A stretch of DNA of 64,000 bases from Halodesulfurarchaeum sp. (GCA_042216015.1 JBDGUI010000015.1:1-64000), one strand, 5' to 3'. Shown: positions 9,349-19,463, counted from the first letter of the stretch. Numbers and translations are program-made. The notes: a model not told the origin generated them from the sequence alone.

Positions 9349-9810
9349 ATGGCACTCTTCAAGGGCGAGCCCGATCGAAGCCAGGGCTTCGACGAGTACG
9401 ACGAGTTCGTCCCGGAACACGTCCCCGGGCCGGGACCGGCGATACTCGATCACGACGTGTTGTCCGGGGAGGAGCACGTGCGAGTCCATCAAATCGCCCG
9501 CGATGTCTTCGAGAAGCGGGGGGTCTATGACAGCACGTTCGGCTACAATCTGGCGAAGTTGAACCTGGACCACCGCCATCCAGACGCCGGATTTCGGTAT
9601 GGCGTGACCGATGACGGAACACTCATCGCGGAGTTCACCCCCACGACCCCGTTCTGTCCACAGAGTTCGGTCCTGACGACCGCCGCCCACCGCGCCTGGA
9701 ACGGCGAAGGGGAGGAACACGAGTTCGAGTTCGTCGAGATCCGAATCGACCCGATGCACCAGCACAGCGAGGCGGTCAACGAGAAGTTGCGAACGATGGA
9801 TTCGGCGTGA
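9349..9810 (+). CDS. DUF59/SufT-like metal-sulfur cluster assembly protein
   Basis: VYDSTFGYNLAKL and FTPTTPFCP resemble the DUF59 DPE..TxxxCP signature. Confidence 0.55.
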   Translation: MALFKGEPDRSQGFDEYDEFVPEHVPGPGPAILDHDVLSGEEHVRVHQIARDVFEKRGVYDSTFGYNLAKLNLDHRHPDAGFRYGVTDDGTLIAEFTPTTPFCPQSSVLTTAAHRAWNGEGEEHEFEFVEIRIDPMHQHSEAVNEKLRTMDSA

Positions 9811-9829
9811 ATGACGAAGATCCAGCTGG

Positions 9830-11170
9830 TCAGTTCTCGCGTTCAGATCGTCTGAAGGTGATCAACTCGACGACTTCGGAAATCGTCTCGGGCCGGTGAT
9901 TCCAGACGACGAGCCCCATGTTGATCGCAAACAGGATGACACCACCCCCGAATACGTTCCCCCCGACGACGATGACCCAGGTCGGCGCCCCCAGCACTTC
10001 CCCGACCCAGAGTGTCAGCAGTCCGATCGCGAGAAGGGCGAATTCGACGCGAGCGAGCCCCGAGTGATACAGGTCGTCGATCATGGGGACCGGTTCGTAG
10101 CCCAGTCTGTCGCTGTACTCGTGAAACCAGACGATGAAGGGGACGACGTGATAGAAGGTCCCGACGACCGTGAGAGTGAAGAACCCGACGAAAAGCAGGT
10201 GAGTTGCCCGTGGACTGCCGAATCGGAGAAAATAGGACAGCGGATCGGCCAGCCAGCGCGGCGTCGTGAGTGCCACCCATCCGAGGACGGAGAGGCCAAC
10301 GAGCCAGTACCGCCGAAGCATCGGTCCCCTCGCCACCTGTGCGCCCCAGAGTCGCCGGATGAGAATCAGCGCGAACGCCGAGAGACCCGCAAGCACGAGG
10401 GTGGCCCCGAACCGACCGAAGATGGGAGCCTCCAGCAATCGACCGAACGCCAGCACGAACACGCCCACCGGGAGGGAGATCATCTCCACGTGGGCGAGGT
10501 GGGTATCGATCCGGCTCGGGGCAGCCTGCGTGAACATCGGGCCGAGCTGGTACAGGGCACCGACGATGGTGAGCGAGACGAACCCGAATACCGTGAGGGT
10601 GAGATGGGCCAGCAACAGGCCACTCGCCGAGATCGGAAGGGGATCGAGAATCCGATAGGCGAACGACGTCGCCAAAAGCCAGCCGAACACGGTCGCGAGC
10701 AGGAGCGACCCGACGGCGAGAAGGAAATGGGCCTCGGTGATGTCCATCTCGCTCACCGGGGGCATCGACCGGACGATCGTGTAGCCAAAGAGCCAGAACC
10801 CGAGGAGGAGAATACCAGCCGTCACGGGAAACCACGCGTAGGCACTCGAGAAGAAGACGCCGACGATCCCACTCACCCCGAGGACGACGAGCCAGAGACT
10901 CACGAGCGAGAGGCGTTCGGAGTACAGTTTCCTCCCCGACCAGACGGGCACGAACTGGATCATCGCTCCCATGATGGTGAGCCCCAGCCACCCGGCCAGC
11001 AGGAGGTGGAGTGTCCCCACGCTGCTCGCGCGAATCGGGAGCACCAGTGGCCCGAGACTGGCAACCCCACCCCCGATCAACAGCAACAGTGCACCGACGA
11101 GAAAGTGCGCAAACGGCAGCGAGAGCGGCGGTTGTCGATCGACGTCCAGATCGGAGGTGGGTGGTTGCAT
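9830..11170 (-). CDS. Multi-pass membrane protein with conserved His (NnrS/heme-copper oxidase subunit I-like)
   Basis: About 12 TM segments with repeated H-L...G motifs (HLLLAGW, HLTLTVFGF, HLLFVGF, YHVVPF); start 11170 or 11236. Confidence 0.65.
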   Translation of the reverse strand: MQPPTSDLDVDRQPPLSLPFAHFLVGALLLLIGGGVASLGPLVLPIRASSVGTLHLLLAGWLGLTIMGAMIQFVPVWSGRKLYSERLSLVSLWLVVLGVSGIVGVFFSSAYAWFPVTAGILLLGFWLFGYTIVRSMPPVSEMDITEAHFLLAVGSLLLATVFGWLLATSFAYRILDPLPISASGLLLAHLTLTVFGFVSLTIVGALYQLGPMFTQAAPSRIDTHLAHVEMISLPVGVFVLAFGRLLEAPIFGRFGATLVLAGLSAFALILIRRLWGAQVARGPMLRRYWLVGLSVLGWVALTTPRWLADPLSYFLRFGSPRATHLLFVGFFTLTVVGTFYHVVPFIVWFHEYSDRLGYEPVPMIDDLYHSGLARVEFALLAIGLLTLWVGEVLGAPTWVIVVGGNVFGGGVILFAINMGLVVWNHRPETISEVVELITFRRSEREN

Positions 11171-11267
11171 CGTGAAATGAGAAGTTAGGCGATGGATGGA
11201 TTCTCGGCGGCGGGAGTTACAAGCATTCCCATCCATTCTCGGCACGAAATGGAGGAAGGTGCTCCCC

Positions 11268-11312
11268 CGAATATATTCGCCCCCGGGATCCGCCCTCGAT
11301 CGAATATGTTCG
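11268..11312. promoter_or_regulatory. Two palindromes, CGAATATATTCG (11268-11279) and CGAATATGTTCG (11301-11312), in a divergent promoter
   Basis: Second site is 37 nt upstream of ATG 11350. Confidence 0.75.
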
Positions 11313-11349
11313 GCACAATCGTTGCCCGGTGTCGGGCCAAGCCCGATAC

Positions 11350-11607
11350 ATGGACTTCGAAGGCCTGCTGGAGGGAGATGGCGTCCCAGCCGAGAGCGAT
11401 CCGACGGTGGTCGACGTGCGAGATCTGCCGCCACCCGAACCCCTGCAGGAAACCCTGGGTACCCTCGAGGGGATGGAGGAGGACGGGCTGTTGGTTCAGG
11501 TCAACGATCGCCAGCCCCAGCATCTCTTCCCGATGCTCGAGGAGCGGGGATACGAACACGAGAGCATCGGCGACGATCCGGCCTATACGGCCATCTGGAA
11601 GGCCTGA
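11350..11607 (+). CDS. DUF2249 (SirA/TusA-like) protein
   Basis: VDVRDLPPPEPL..TL..L....LVQVNDRQPQHLFPMLEERGY. Confidence 0.8.
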   Translation: MDFEGLLEGDGVPAESDPTVVDVRDLPPPEPLQETLGTLEGMEEDGLLVQVNDRQPQHLFPMLEERGYEHESIGDDPAYTAIWKA

Positions 11608-11663
11608 TCCGAATTCGATCGAAGCGGTCTATTTCGATCGACTGCTTGTTCCACGCGATCCAT

Positions 11664-12917
11664 CTAGTCGCCCCACTCGATCAACCGTTGCTCGCCCTCG
11701 AGCGCCCGGAGGTCGCTCACCTCGCGAGTGACTTCGAGGGTTCCCCGGTACGTTCCCGACTCCCCGCGGAGCGCGTGGTAGTCGATGACCACGAACGCCC
11801 CGTCGTTCTGGATCCAGAATCGGGCCACGTCCTCTTCGTCGGCCTTGAACGCCTCGAGGATCTCCTCGACCGTGTCCACGCTCTCGGGCGGATGGCAGTT
11901 CTGTACCGTTCGGCCGATGATCGAGCCGGACCGGGGAAAAATCCGCTCCTCGGGGTTGTTGAAGTAGCGGACGCGGTCGTTCTCGTCGACGTAGGTGACG
12001 TCGACCGGAATCGTATCGAGCAGGAGCTGGAGTTGCTCGAGGTCGAGCGTTCCGGTGTCCAATCCGAACGCCACCGAGCCTGCGGACGGTTCGACGTCAC
12101 CACGGGCGTCGCCTGGAGTGGGCGCCGGTTCCGTCTCGGACCCTGTCTCGAGAAGCGGGAACGACGGTTCGATCTCGAAATACCCGATGTCTCTGCTCTC
12201 CCGCTGGATCCGTTCCCACTCGTGGTGGGTCAGGGTCTCGAGTGCCACCGGGAAGAGAATGGATTCCTCCTTGAATAGCAAATTCCGACTCACCGTCGTG
12301 AATCGAGTGACGAGCCGCGACAGCGTCTCCGGATTCGGTCCGGATTCCCCACTGAGGTCCTCGATGGTCGAGCGAAGCGACCGAAGATCGTCGTGAATGG
12401 ACCACATGACCCCGAGTGAGCGGTCGTGTTTCCAGTGTTCCTCGAGGTACGGAAACAGTTCGTTTTCCTTCCGAAGGAAGTGCCGATCGATCCCCTCCAG
12501 GGCGACGATGTGGTCCTGCAGGTCGGTCACCGCCTCGAGCGGCGGGGAGGAGGCCGCCGAGATCTTCCCCGCGGCCGTCTCGAGTGCCTCGACGTGGGAC
12601 TCGATCGCACGATTTTCCCGCAACATGTTGTCTATCGGGTGCCCGCGGTCGGGTCGTTCCCAGTCGTGGGCTTCGAGGGCCGGACGAAACGTCACGAGGA
12701 TCGGCTCGATCTCCTCCTTTACCGCCGGCACCGATATCCCATCTTCCAGTAATTCGTGCTCGACCACCAGCACGTCATAGGGCGTTACCGATTCGATCGC
12801 GGCTTCGTACTCCCCCGCGATCTCCGAGGCGGTGGCCCCCTCGTGAATCCGCCTGACGAACTCGAGGAGTGAGCGAACCCGGGGAGATTGCTCGACGTTG
12901 TCGATGAATTCGGACAT
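11664..12917 (-). CDS. DUF438 / hemerythrin-like / PAS domain protein
   Basis: GHPI..M..EN, H.LRKENELFPYLE, VMWS.HD, KEE.ILFP hemerythrin-like motifs; C-terminal PAS (IGRTVQNCHPP). Confidence 0.85.
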   Translation of the reverse strand: MSEFIDNVEQSPRVRSLLEFVRRIHEGATASEIAGEYEAAIESVTPYDVLVVEHELLEDGISVPAVKEEIEPILVTFRPALEAHDWERPDRGHPIDNMLRENRAIESHVEALETAAGKISAASSPPLEAVTDLQDHIVALEGIDRHFLRKENELFPYLEEHWKHDRSLGVMWSIHDDLRSLRSTIEDLSGESGPNPETLSRLVTRFTTVSRNLLFKEESILFPVALETLTHHEWERIQRESRDIGYFEIEPSFPLLETGSETEPAPTPGDARGDVEPSAGSVAFGLDTGTLDLEQLQLLLDTIPVDVTYVDENDRVRYFNNPEERIFPRSGSIIGRTVQNCHPPESVDTVEEILEAFKADEEDVARFWIQNDGAFVVIDYHALRGESGTYRGTLEVTREVSDLRALEGEQRLIEWGD

Positions 12918-13006
12918 GATTCAAGTGCGTCTCCATAGGTTTGAGATGGGCTAATACCTTCTGCAGGGGGCCTGAGAGGGCCGTCGAGGGCATACTAACG
13001 TTGTGC

Positions 13007-13018
13007 CATACATGTTCG
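13007..13018. promoter_or_regulatory. Degenerate palindrome CATACATGTTCG
   Basis: 39 nt upstream of ATG 13058; lies between divergent genes. Confidence 0.5.
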
Positions 13019-13057
13019 GCTTCACCGTTATGGATGGACACGAGATAGTCCCGGTAG

Positions 13058-13837
13058 ATGGACCGATACCGGTGGCTCCCGCCCATTCCACCCGAGCACG
13101 GGGCCAAAACGCTCCTGCTCGTCGCGCTCGCGACGCCGCCGAGCATCGGCATCGGTGCGGAAGCCCCCGACGAAGCCGGGGTAATCCCCGCTTATTTGCT
13201 CGTGATTGGAATCGGCGCTGGAACGATGCTGTTTCGCGAGGCGACCCGGCAGTTCCTCCAGGCGGCTGCCGGTGATCGGCGCAGAGACGGGGCCATTGCC
13301 GTTTTCGAAGCGGTGATTCTCGTCGGGTTAACGGGCGGTTTGATGGTCCTCGAGGGGACAAGATGGGGACTCCTGCTCCTCCTGCCGATGGGAGGGGCGA
13401 GTGAGGCCTGGCTCACTCGAAACGGGGGTTCGAAACCGCTATTGAAGGCGGGGGGTGGCGTCCTCGTGATTGGAATCCTCGTGCCAGTGGGCCTGCTCCT
13501 GTTAGGATTGACCGACCCCGCGACCCTGGTCGTCGGGTACGGGCTGTTTTCGGGATATCACCTGCTGGCGGTGCTTCGCGTCGGCGCCACGGTAGAAGCG
13601 CTGGAAGCGGTCCGATCGAATGTTCTCCCCGTTCCGACCGCCGCCGTGTTGGTCGCCGTCGTCGGGTACGCCGGCGGTGTCCTTGGAGTCGGAGCGCCGA
13701 TCGTCTTCGGTCTGTCCCTCCTCCGCTCGGGCCACCTGGAGCGGCGGGACGGGAAGCCGTCGCTCAAACGCCTCGGACAGGCAGAAGCAATGCTCTCCCT
13801 CGCCTTCGTGGGAGCCGGCCCATTCCTCCTGGCCTGA
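13058..13837 (+). CDS. YwiC-like integral membrane protein
   Basis: N-terminal IPPEHGA and C-terminal K.LG.AE motifs; hydrophobic throughout. Confidence 0.6.
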   Translation: MDRYRWLPPIPPEHGAKTLLLVALATPPSIGIGAEAPDEAGVIPAYLLVIGIGAGTMLFREATRQFLQAAAGDRRRDGAIAVFEAVILVGLTGGLMVLEGTRWGLLLLLPMGGASEAWLTRNGGSKPLLKAGGGVLVIGILVPVGLLLLGLTDPATLVVGYGLFSGYHLLAVLRVGATVEALEAVRSNVLPVPTAAVLVAVVGYAGGVLGVGAPIVFGLSLLRSGHLERRDGKPSLKRLGQAEAMLSLAFVGAGPFLLA

Positions 13838-13842
13838 CGGAT

Positions 13843-14490
13843 CTAGGCCGTCGTGCTGTCCCCGGACGGATCGTACCAGTCGACGAGATTTCGAATGGCC
13901 CGCCGGAGGATTTCGCTGGCCGTCGACTTGCTGACGCTCGTGCGATCGGCGACCGCCTGGATCGACGCCTCCCGGGGGATCTCGAAGTAGCCCGCCCGGT
14001 GGGCCGCTTCCAGAACCTCGGTCTGGCGAGTCGTCAAACCTGGCCCCGTCGATGTTTCGACGGCGTCGCCGATCCGATCGACGCGAAAGTCGAGGCCGGA
14101 TTCACGCAGGTGAGTGCTGAGCTGGGAGAGGCGATCCTGTGAGGTGGTGAACTCCCAAAGGGCGGTGCCTGCGGTGATGTGAATTGGGGTCTCGAGGGGA
14201 ACGCCCGCGGCCAGGAACGGTTCGAGAATGCTCGTCTCCGCCGTCTCGATCTGAAAGGCCGCCCTGTTGGTTCCCACCGAGAGCAGGTCGACCGCCCTGA
14301 GTTCAGCCCGTTTCTGCAATCGCTCGAGGATCGCACTCGGTTCGGCCGTCTCGGCCTCGATCACCGCGTGGCCGCTCGCCTCGTCCACGAGAATCGTTAG
14401 CACCCGAAAGTCCGTCTCGGAAAACCTGTGAGTGACGTCGTGGACCCAGGTTCCCTGGGGCATCTCGATCGTCAGTTTTGCCACCGGCAT
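13843..14490 (-). CDS. HTH-10 (Bat-like) transcriptional regulator
   Basis: LTTRQ.EVL.AA..AGYFE.PR, STASE.LRRA; paralog of 8644..9291. Confidence 0.9.
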   Translation of the reverse strand: MPVAKLTIEMPQGTWVHDVTHRFSETDFRVLTILVDEASGHAVIEAETAEPSAILERLQKRAELRAVDLLSVGTNRAAFQIETAETSILEPFLAAGVPLETPIHITAGTALWEFTTSQDRLSQLSTHLRESGLDFRVDRIGDAVETSTGPGLTTRQTEVLEAAHRAGYFEIPREASIQAVADRTSVSKSTASEILRRAIRNLVDWYDPSGDSTTA

Positions 14491-14530
14491 TCGATCGTGC
14501 CGACGATCGCAAACCAGGTATAAACGATCA

Positions 14531-14560
14531 CGCACATGTTCGGCTTCGCCCACATGTTCC
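14531..14560. promoter_or_regulatory. Two degenerate palindromes, CGCACATGTTCG (14531-42) and CCCACATGTTCC (14549-60)
   Basis: Each is 40 nt from the ATG of one divergent gene (14490 and 14601). Confidence 0.65.
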
Positions 14561-14600
14561 CGACAATCCATTCCCCTCCCTGGGGCAAAGGCAGGTCCAC

Positions 14601-16181
14601 ATGTCCCGTCTCACTGGACTGCTCGTCGTGGCGGTGCTAACTGGTCTTGCCGTTGGTCCGGGGATGGCCGTCGCAGCCGAGGACCCCCGGTTCGAAACCA
14701 CGATTGGGCAGAACTACGTCGTTCCCGGACAGACCGAATCGCTTTCCGTGACGCTTCTCAACGACGCCGAAGACGCCGATGACCGGGTCGAACCGGCGAC
14801 GAACGTCGTGGTCGAACTCGAACCCGGAGATACGCCGTTTACGGTCACCTCCGGCCCGCGATACCTCGGCACGGTCCGGGACGGACAGCCGCGACAGATC
14901 CGATTCGCAATCGACGTTCCCCAGAACGTCGAGTCGGGTGTCTACACCCTCCCAGTCGAAATCACCTACGAGTACGACGGCGACGAGCGGGAAACGACGA
15001 CCGCGAGCGTTCGAGTGCGAATCGCGGATCGAGCGAAATTCGCCCTCGTCGAAACGACCGGCGACGTCATGGTGAACTCGGACGGGAAGATGACCGTCAC
15101 TGTCGAAAACGTCGGTTCGGAGGGGGCCACAGAAGCGACCCTGCGGATGAAATCCCGGAATGGCGCGATCGCCTTCGAAGGCGCCCAGTCAGGCGTCCGA
15201 TCGGTCGGAGCGTTGGCCCCCGGCGAACGTCGGACGGTGACGTACACGATCACCGCGACTGACCGGGCCAATCCCGGACGCTATCCCGTGACTGGCACCG
15301 TCAGGTACGACAACGAGGACGGCGCGCGGCGGGCATCCAGACCGCTTTCTGGAACCGTCTCCGTGATCCGGGAACAGTCGTTTTCCCTGCGCGTCGGTGA
15401 CGCGGACCTCCGCGTGGACCGGGAGGGAACGATCTCGGTCTCCGTCCGAAATACCGGCCCCAGATCCGTCACGAGCGCGAATCTCGTGCTCCAGAGCACG
15501 GGCAGATCGATTCACCCCGAGCAAACGGAATTCGCGCTCGGAACCCTCGAACCCGGAGAATCGACGAACGCGACCTTCGAAATGACCGTGGACGACGACG
15601 CCATGGCGACGCCCCGACACCTCCGGTTCCAGGTGACCTACCGGGAGAAAGACGGGGACCGAAAAGCCGGAGATCGACACGCTCTACGCGTAAATATCGA
15701 TCCACAGCGCCCCGTCTATGAGGTGGAGCCAGTCGATGCGAGCCTTCCCGCGGGGACGGTCGAATCGGTGAGCGTGAAGATCACCAACCTCGAATCGAGC
15801 ACACTCACCTCGATCAATGCGGAGGCCTACACGGACACCCCCATAACCATCATCGACGATTCAGCCTTCGTGAACGAGCTCGAACCGGGAGAATCGACGA
15901 CGCTCGAGTTCCAGGTTGAGGCCCCTGGAGACGCCCTCAGGAAGGACTATCCCATCTCGCTCGACTTCCAGTACGACCAGCCTGACGGCGAAACGAAGCT
16001 CACCGACACCTACGACGTCCCCGTTTCGATCACCGAGGCGACGACACTCCGGGATCGAGTCGCAGAGTCTCTCGAGGCGATCGACGTCCCGACTGACTCG
16101 CTACTGGGCGTGGTCGCCGGCTTCGGGATAAGCACGTTCGGGTTCGGAACGATCGCCCTCTATCGTCGTCGGCGACGATGA
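14601..16181 (+). CDS. COG1361 S-layer domain family exported protein
   Basis: Signal peptide, repeated Ig/CARDB-like units (VTV.N.G...A; LGTLEPGES), C-terminal TM + RRRRR. Confidence 0.8.
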   Translation: MSRLTGLLVVAVLTGLAVGPGMAVAAEDPRFETTIGQNYVVPGQTESLSVTLLNDAEDADDRVEPATNVVVELEPGDTPFTVTSGPRYLGTVRDGQPRQIRFAIDVPQNVESGVYTLPVEITYEYDGDERETTTASVRVRIADRAKFALVETTGDVMVNSDGKMTVTVENVGSEGATEATLRMKSRNGAIAFEGAQSGVRSVGALAPGERRTVTYTITATDRANPGRYPVTGTVRYDNEDGARRASRPLSGTVSVIREQSFSLRVGDADLRVDREGTISVSVRNTGPRSVTSANLVLQSTGRSIHPEQTEFALGTLEPGESTNATFEMTVDDDAMATPRHLRFQVTYREKDGDRKAGDRHALRVNIDPQRPVYEVEPVDASLPAGTVESVSVKITNLESSTLTSINAEAYTDTPITIIDDSAFVNELEPGESTTLEFQVEAPGDALRKDYPISLDFQYDQPDGETKLTDTYDVPVSITEATTLRDRVAESLEAIDVPTDSLLGVVAGFGISTFGFGTIALYRRRRR

Positions 16182-18742
16182 GCGAGTCCACGGGCATCGC
16201 GGCGAGGATCGCCGACATCGTCGTCGACCGACCGGGAGCGGTGGTACTCGTGTTTTTGCTCCTCACCGCGGGCTTCGGGGCGGGACTTGGGCGGGTTTCC
16301 ATGTCCGGGGGGACCGGTCAATTCACCGAGGCCTCGTCGGCCCAGGCGAGTTACGATACGGTGGAGGAGCAGTTCGGGTCGACGTTTGCCGTCGAGGACG
16401 GCACCACCATCGTGATTCAACGAAACGACAACGTTCTCAGCAAGTCCTCGTTGCTGGGGATGCTCGACGTACAGGTGGGCGTCGACTCCAGAGAGAGCCT
16501 CCGGGTACAGCAGACGACGAGCCCGGCGACGCTTCTCGCCCGTGAACTCGATCCCACCGCCACGTCCCTCGCGACCCAGACCCGAACGATCAAAGAGGCC
16601 ACGCCGGCCGAGATCGACGCCGCAGTGGCTGAGGCGGCTGAGACAGTAGCGTTTCGAAAACTCGTCAGCGAGGACTTCAACCCCAAAACGGCCCGGGCGA
16701 CGGCCGCACTCGCCGTGATCACCCACGAGGTGCCCGGACGCGAAGAGAGTGCCGTCGGCGTCACCGCAGACAGTGCGTTTCGGGAGACCCAGCTGTCGGT
16801 TCGAGCCATCGTCCAGAGCTACGAGGGGGACTTCACCGTGTACGGGAGCGGCATCATTGCCGCGGAGTTCTCACAGATCATCGTCGACTCGCTGCAGATC
16901 GTCGTCCCGGCAGCCGCGGTCTTGATTCTGGGGCTGCTCCTCGTGGCCTTCAGGGACCTCCTCGATTTCCTGATCGGCGTGTTCGTCCTGCTGACCGCGC
17001 TCGTCTGGACCTTCGGCTTCATGGGCTGGGCCGGGATCGCGTTCTCCCAGCTCCTGATCGCGATCCCCCCGCTGCTCCTCGGGGTGGGGATCGACTTTGG
17101 CATCCACGTCATCAATGGCTACCGGGAACGGGCCACGAAGGCCGGGTTCGCGGCCGCGATGAAACCGACGATGACCCAGCTCGTGATCGCCTTCAGCATC
17201 GTGACCGGAACCACGATCCTCGGCTTTGGCGCCAATCTGAGTAGCCAACTCGCCCCGATCAGGGATTTCGGACTCGTGGCCGCCATCGGCATCTTCGTCA
17301 CCTTCCTCGTCTTCGGGATCTACCTGCCGGCCCTGAAGGTGCTCGTGGAGCGGTTCCGCGAGTGGCTTCACCGACGGGGCCCAGCGTCCCTCGGTCACAC
17401 CGGCGTCAAGAGTCCAATCGGGAAGGACGGCAGCGTCCTCGAACCCATGCTCACGGTCGGAATCCGCATCGGACGGCGAGCACCGCGGCTCGTCTTGGGT
17501 GTCGTGCTCGTGACTGCCCTCCTCGCCGGGGGGTACGGTGCGGGGGTCGAAACGAGCTTCTCCGACGAGGATTTCCTCCCGCCGGAGAACATCCCGAAGT
17601 ATATCACGAACGCCCCACAGCCATTCGGGACGGGCACTTACACCGTCACCGAGTCGACGAATTTCCTCGAGGCGAACTTCGAGACGTCCCGCGCTGACTC
17701 CCTGACGATCTACTACGAGCGCCCGATGACCACGGACAGCAGCCTGGAACTCATCCAACACGCGGGAATGGACCCGCCCTCTGTCATCGTTCAGACCGGC
17801 AGGCGGAGCGAGAGCGGAAGCATCCAGACCCTCATCGACAGGTACGCGGCCCGATCGCCCGCCTTCGCTCGGCTCGTTGCCCGGAACGATCGCGACGGCG
17901 ACGGCGTCCCGGACGACGACCTCGAGGCGATATACGCGGCGCTTCGGGATTCCCCGCTCGGGGGCAGGGTGGACCGCTACCTCACCGCCGACAATCGACG
18001 GACGGTCATCTACTACGACGTCGAGAGCGGCGCCACCCAGGCCGCGGTGGCGGCGGCCGGCGACGAGATGGCCTCGCGGCTTCGCGGCGACGCAACGGCC
18101 ACCGGCACCACCTTGATCTTCGCGGACATCGCCGACCTGATCTACGAGTCCGCGATCGTCAGTCTGCTGGCAGCGATCGGAATCACGGCGGCGTTCCTGG
18201 TGGTCGTCTACCACCTGCTCTTCCGTGAGTGGTCACTGGGGCTCGTGAACCTGCTGCCGATCTTGCTCACCGTCACGCTCGTTCTCGCGACCATGCGCGC
18301 CTTCGACATGAAGTTCAACGCGCTCACCGCCACGCTTCTCGCGGTCACCATCGGGATGGGCGTCGATTACTCCGTCCACCTCGTCCATCGATTCAGGGAG
18401 GAACGCGAGCGGACCGGTTCCGTCACCGAGGCGCTCTATCCAACGATGCGGGGGACGGGTGGCGCACTCACGGGCAGCATGCTCACCACCGTTTTCGGGG
18501 TCGGAATCCTGGGAATCGCGATCACGCCGATCCTTCAGACCTTCGGCATCCTGACCGCCCTGAGTATCGTGTACGCCTACCTCACCTCGATGACCGTCCT
18601 GCCGGCCACGTTGCTCCTGTGGGATCAATACCTGAGGAGCGCCACGGGCGAGACCACAGACGCCAAAGCGACCCCCGGTGGAAGAAGGCCCGGAGCGGAC
18701 GAATTCGAGTGGATCGCCGATGGCGAAGCCGGGTCCGACTAA
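16178..18742 (+). CDS. RND superfamily (MMPL/HpnN-like) transporter
   Basis: Two repeats with GVGIDFGIH and GMGVDYSVH; overlaps the upstream stop codon (ATGA). Confidence 0.9.
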   Translation: MSESTGIAARIADIVVDRPGAVVLVFLLLTAGFGAGLGRVSMSGGTGQFTEASSAQASYDTVEEQFGSTFAVEDGTTIVIQRNDNVLSKSSLLGMLDVQVGVDSRESLRVQQTTSPATLLARELDPTATSLATQTRTIKEATPAEIDAAVAEAAETVAFRKLVSEDFNPKTARATAALAVITHEVPGREESAVGVTADSAFRETQLSVRAIVQSYEGDFTVYGSGIIAAEFSQIIVDSLQIVVPAAAVLILGLLLVAFRDLLDFLIGVFVLLTALVWTFGFMGWAGIAFSQLLIAIPPLLLGVGIDFGIHVINGYRERATKAGFAAAMKPTMTQLVIAFSIVTGTTILGFGANLSSQLAPIRDFGLVAAIGIFVTFLVFGIYLPALKVLVERFREWLHRRGPASLGHTGVKSPIGKDGSVLEPMLTVGIRIGRRAPRLVLGVVLVTALLAGGYGAGVETSFSDEDFLPPENIPKYITNAPQPFGTGTYTVTESTNFLEANFETSRADSLTIYYERPMTTDSSLELIQHAGMDPPSVIVQTGRRSESGSIQTLIDRYAARSPAFARLVARNDRDGDGVPDDDLEAIYAALRDSPLGGRVDRYLTADNRRTVIYYDVESGATQAAVAAAGDEMASRLRGDATATGTTLIFADIADLIYESAIVSLLAAIGITAAFLVVVYHLLFREWSLGLVNLLPILLTVTLVLATMRAFDMKFNALTATLLAVTIGMGVDYSVHLVHRFREERERTGSVTEALYPTMRGTGGALTGSMLTTVFGVGILGIAITPILQTFGILTALSIVYAYLTSMTVLPATLLLWDQYLRSATGETTDAKATPGGRRPGADEFEWIADGEAGSD

Positions 18743-18788
18743 CAATATCCCTTCCCTCGGTCGTTGCACCGATAGGATGTCCTGTACA

Positions 18789-19382
18789 TCAGCCAAAACA
18801 GTCCTCACCGGTCGTTTCTCCGAACCGATCCATCGCGGCAGATACCCGCTCTGCCGCCCTGTCGGCACGAGCTTCCAGCTCCGTTCGAATCTCCCCCTCC
18901 TCGAGAAGGTCGAGATTCGGTTCGACGGTCCGAATCGCCGCCCACGCGGCGCTCACGGTCAAATAAAGTGCCGTGTGCAGGTCCTGCCGAACGCTTCCGT
19001 CGATCAGCTCGGCGAGATCGAGAGCCTCCTCGAGAACGGTCACACATGCTTCGGCAATCGAGAGCGGGATGCCAGTCGCCCGGCTCACCGCCCCCGCGTC
19101 GGGGTCCCCCGTTTGTGCTCCAAAAAGCGCATCGATGGCCTGGGCATCCTCGGTCGCCAGCGTGAGGAGGACAGATCGCTTTCGGGAAAGCCGCTCTCGA
19201 GCGAGCGTCAGTTCTCCGGAATCGGTGTCACCGCCCCGCTCCCGGGTGTGAAGGGCAGCCATCTCGGCGAGCGCGGCCCCAAATGCACCCGTCAGTGCGG
19301 CCGCCGAACCGCCGGCAGGGGCGACACGCGTGGAGGCGACCGCCTCGAGGAACTGACCGATCTCGTGTGTGCTGTAATCCAT
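18789..19382 (-). CDS. Cyclodeaminase/cyclohydrolase family protein (FTCD C-terminal-like)
   Basis: FLE.VAS...APAGGSAAAL.GA.GAAL..M, LA.ED..A. Confidence 0.85.
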   Translation of the reverse strand: MDYSTHEIGQFLEAVASTRVAPAGGSAAALTGAFGAALAEMAALHTRERGGDTDSGELTLARERLSRKRSVLLTLATEDAQAIDALFGAQTGDPDAGAVSRATGIPLSIAEACVTVLEEALDLAELIDGSVRQDLHTALYLTVSAAWAAIRTVEPNLDLLEEGEIRTELEARADRAAERVSAAMDRFGETTGEDCFG

Positions 19383-19463
19383 GATCTCGAACCCGCCTGA
19401 TTGCAATTTCGTGCCCATCCACTTCATCCTGGGTCCCGTGGAAGCAGTTTCGCTTCTGTTAGG

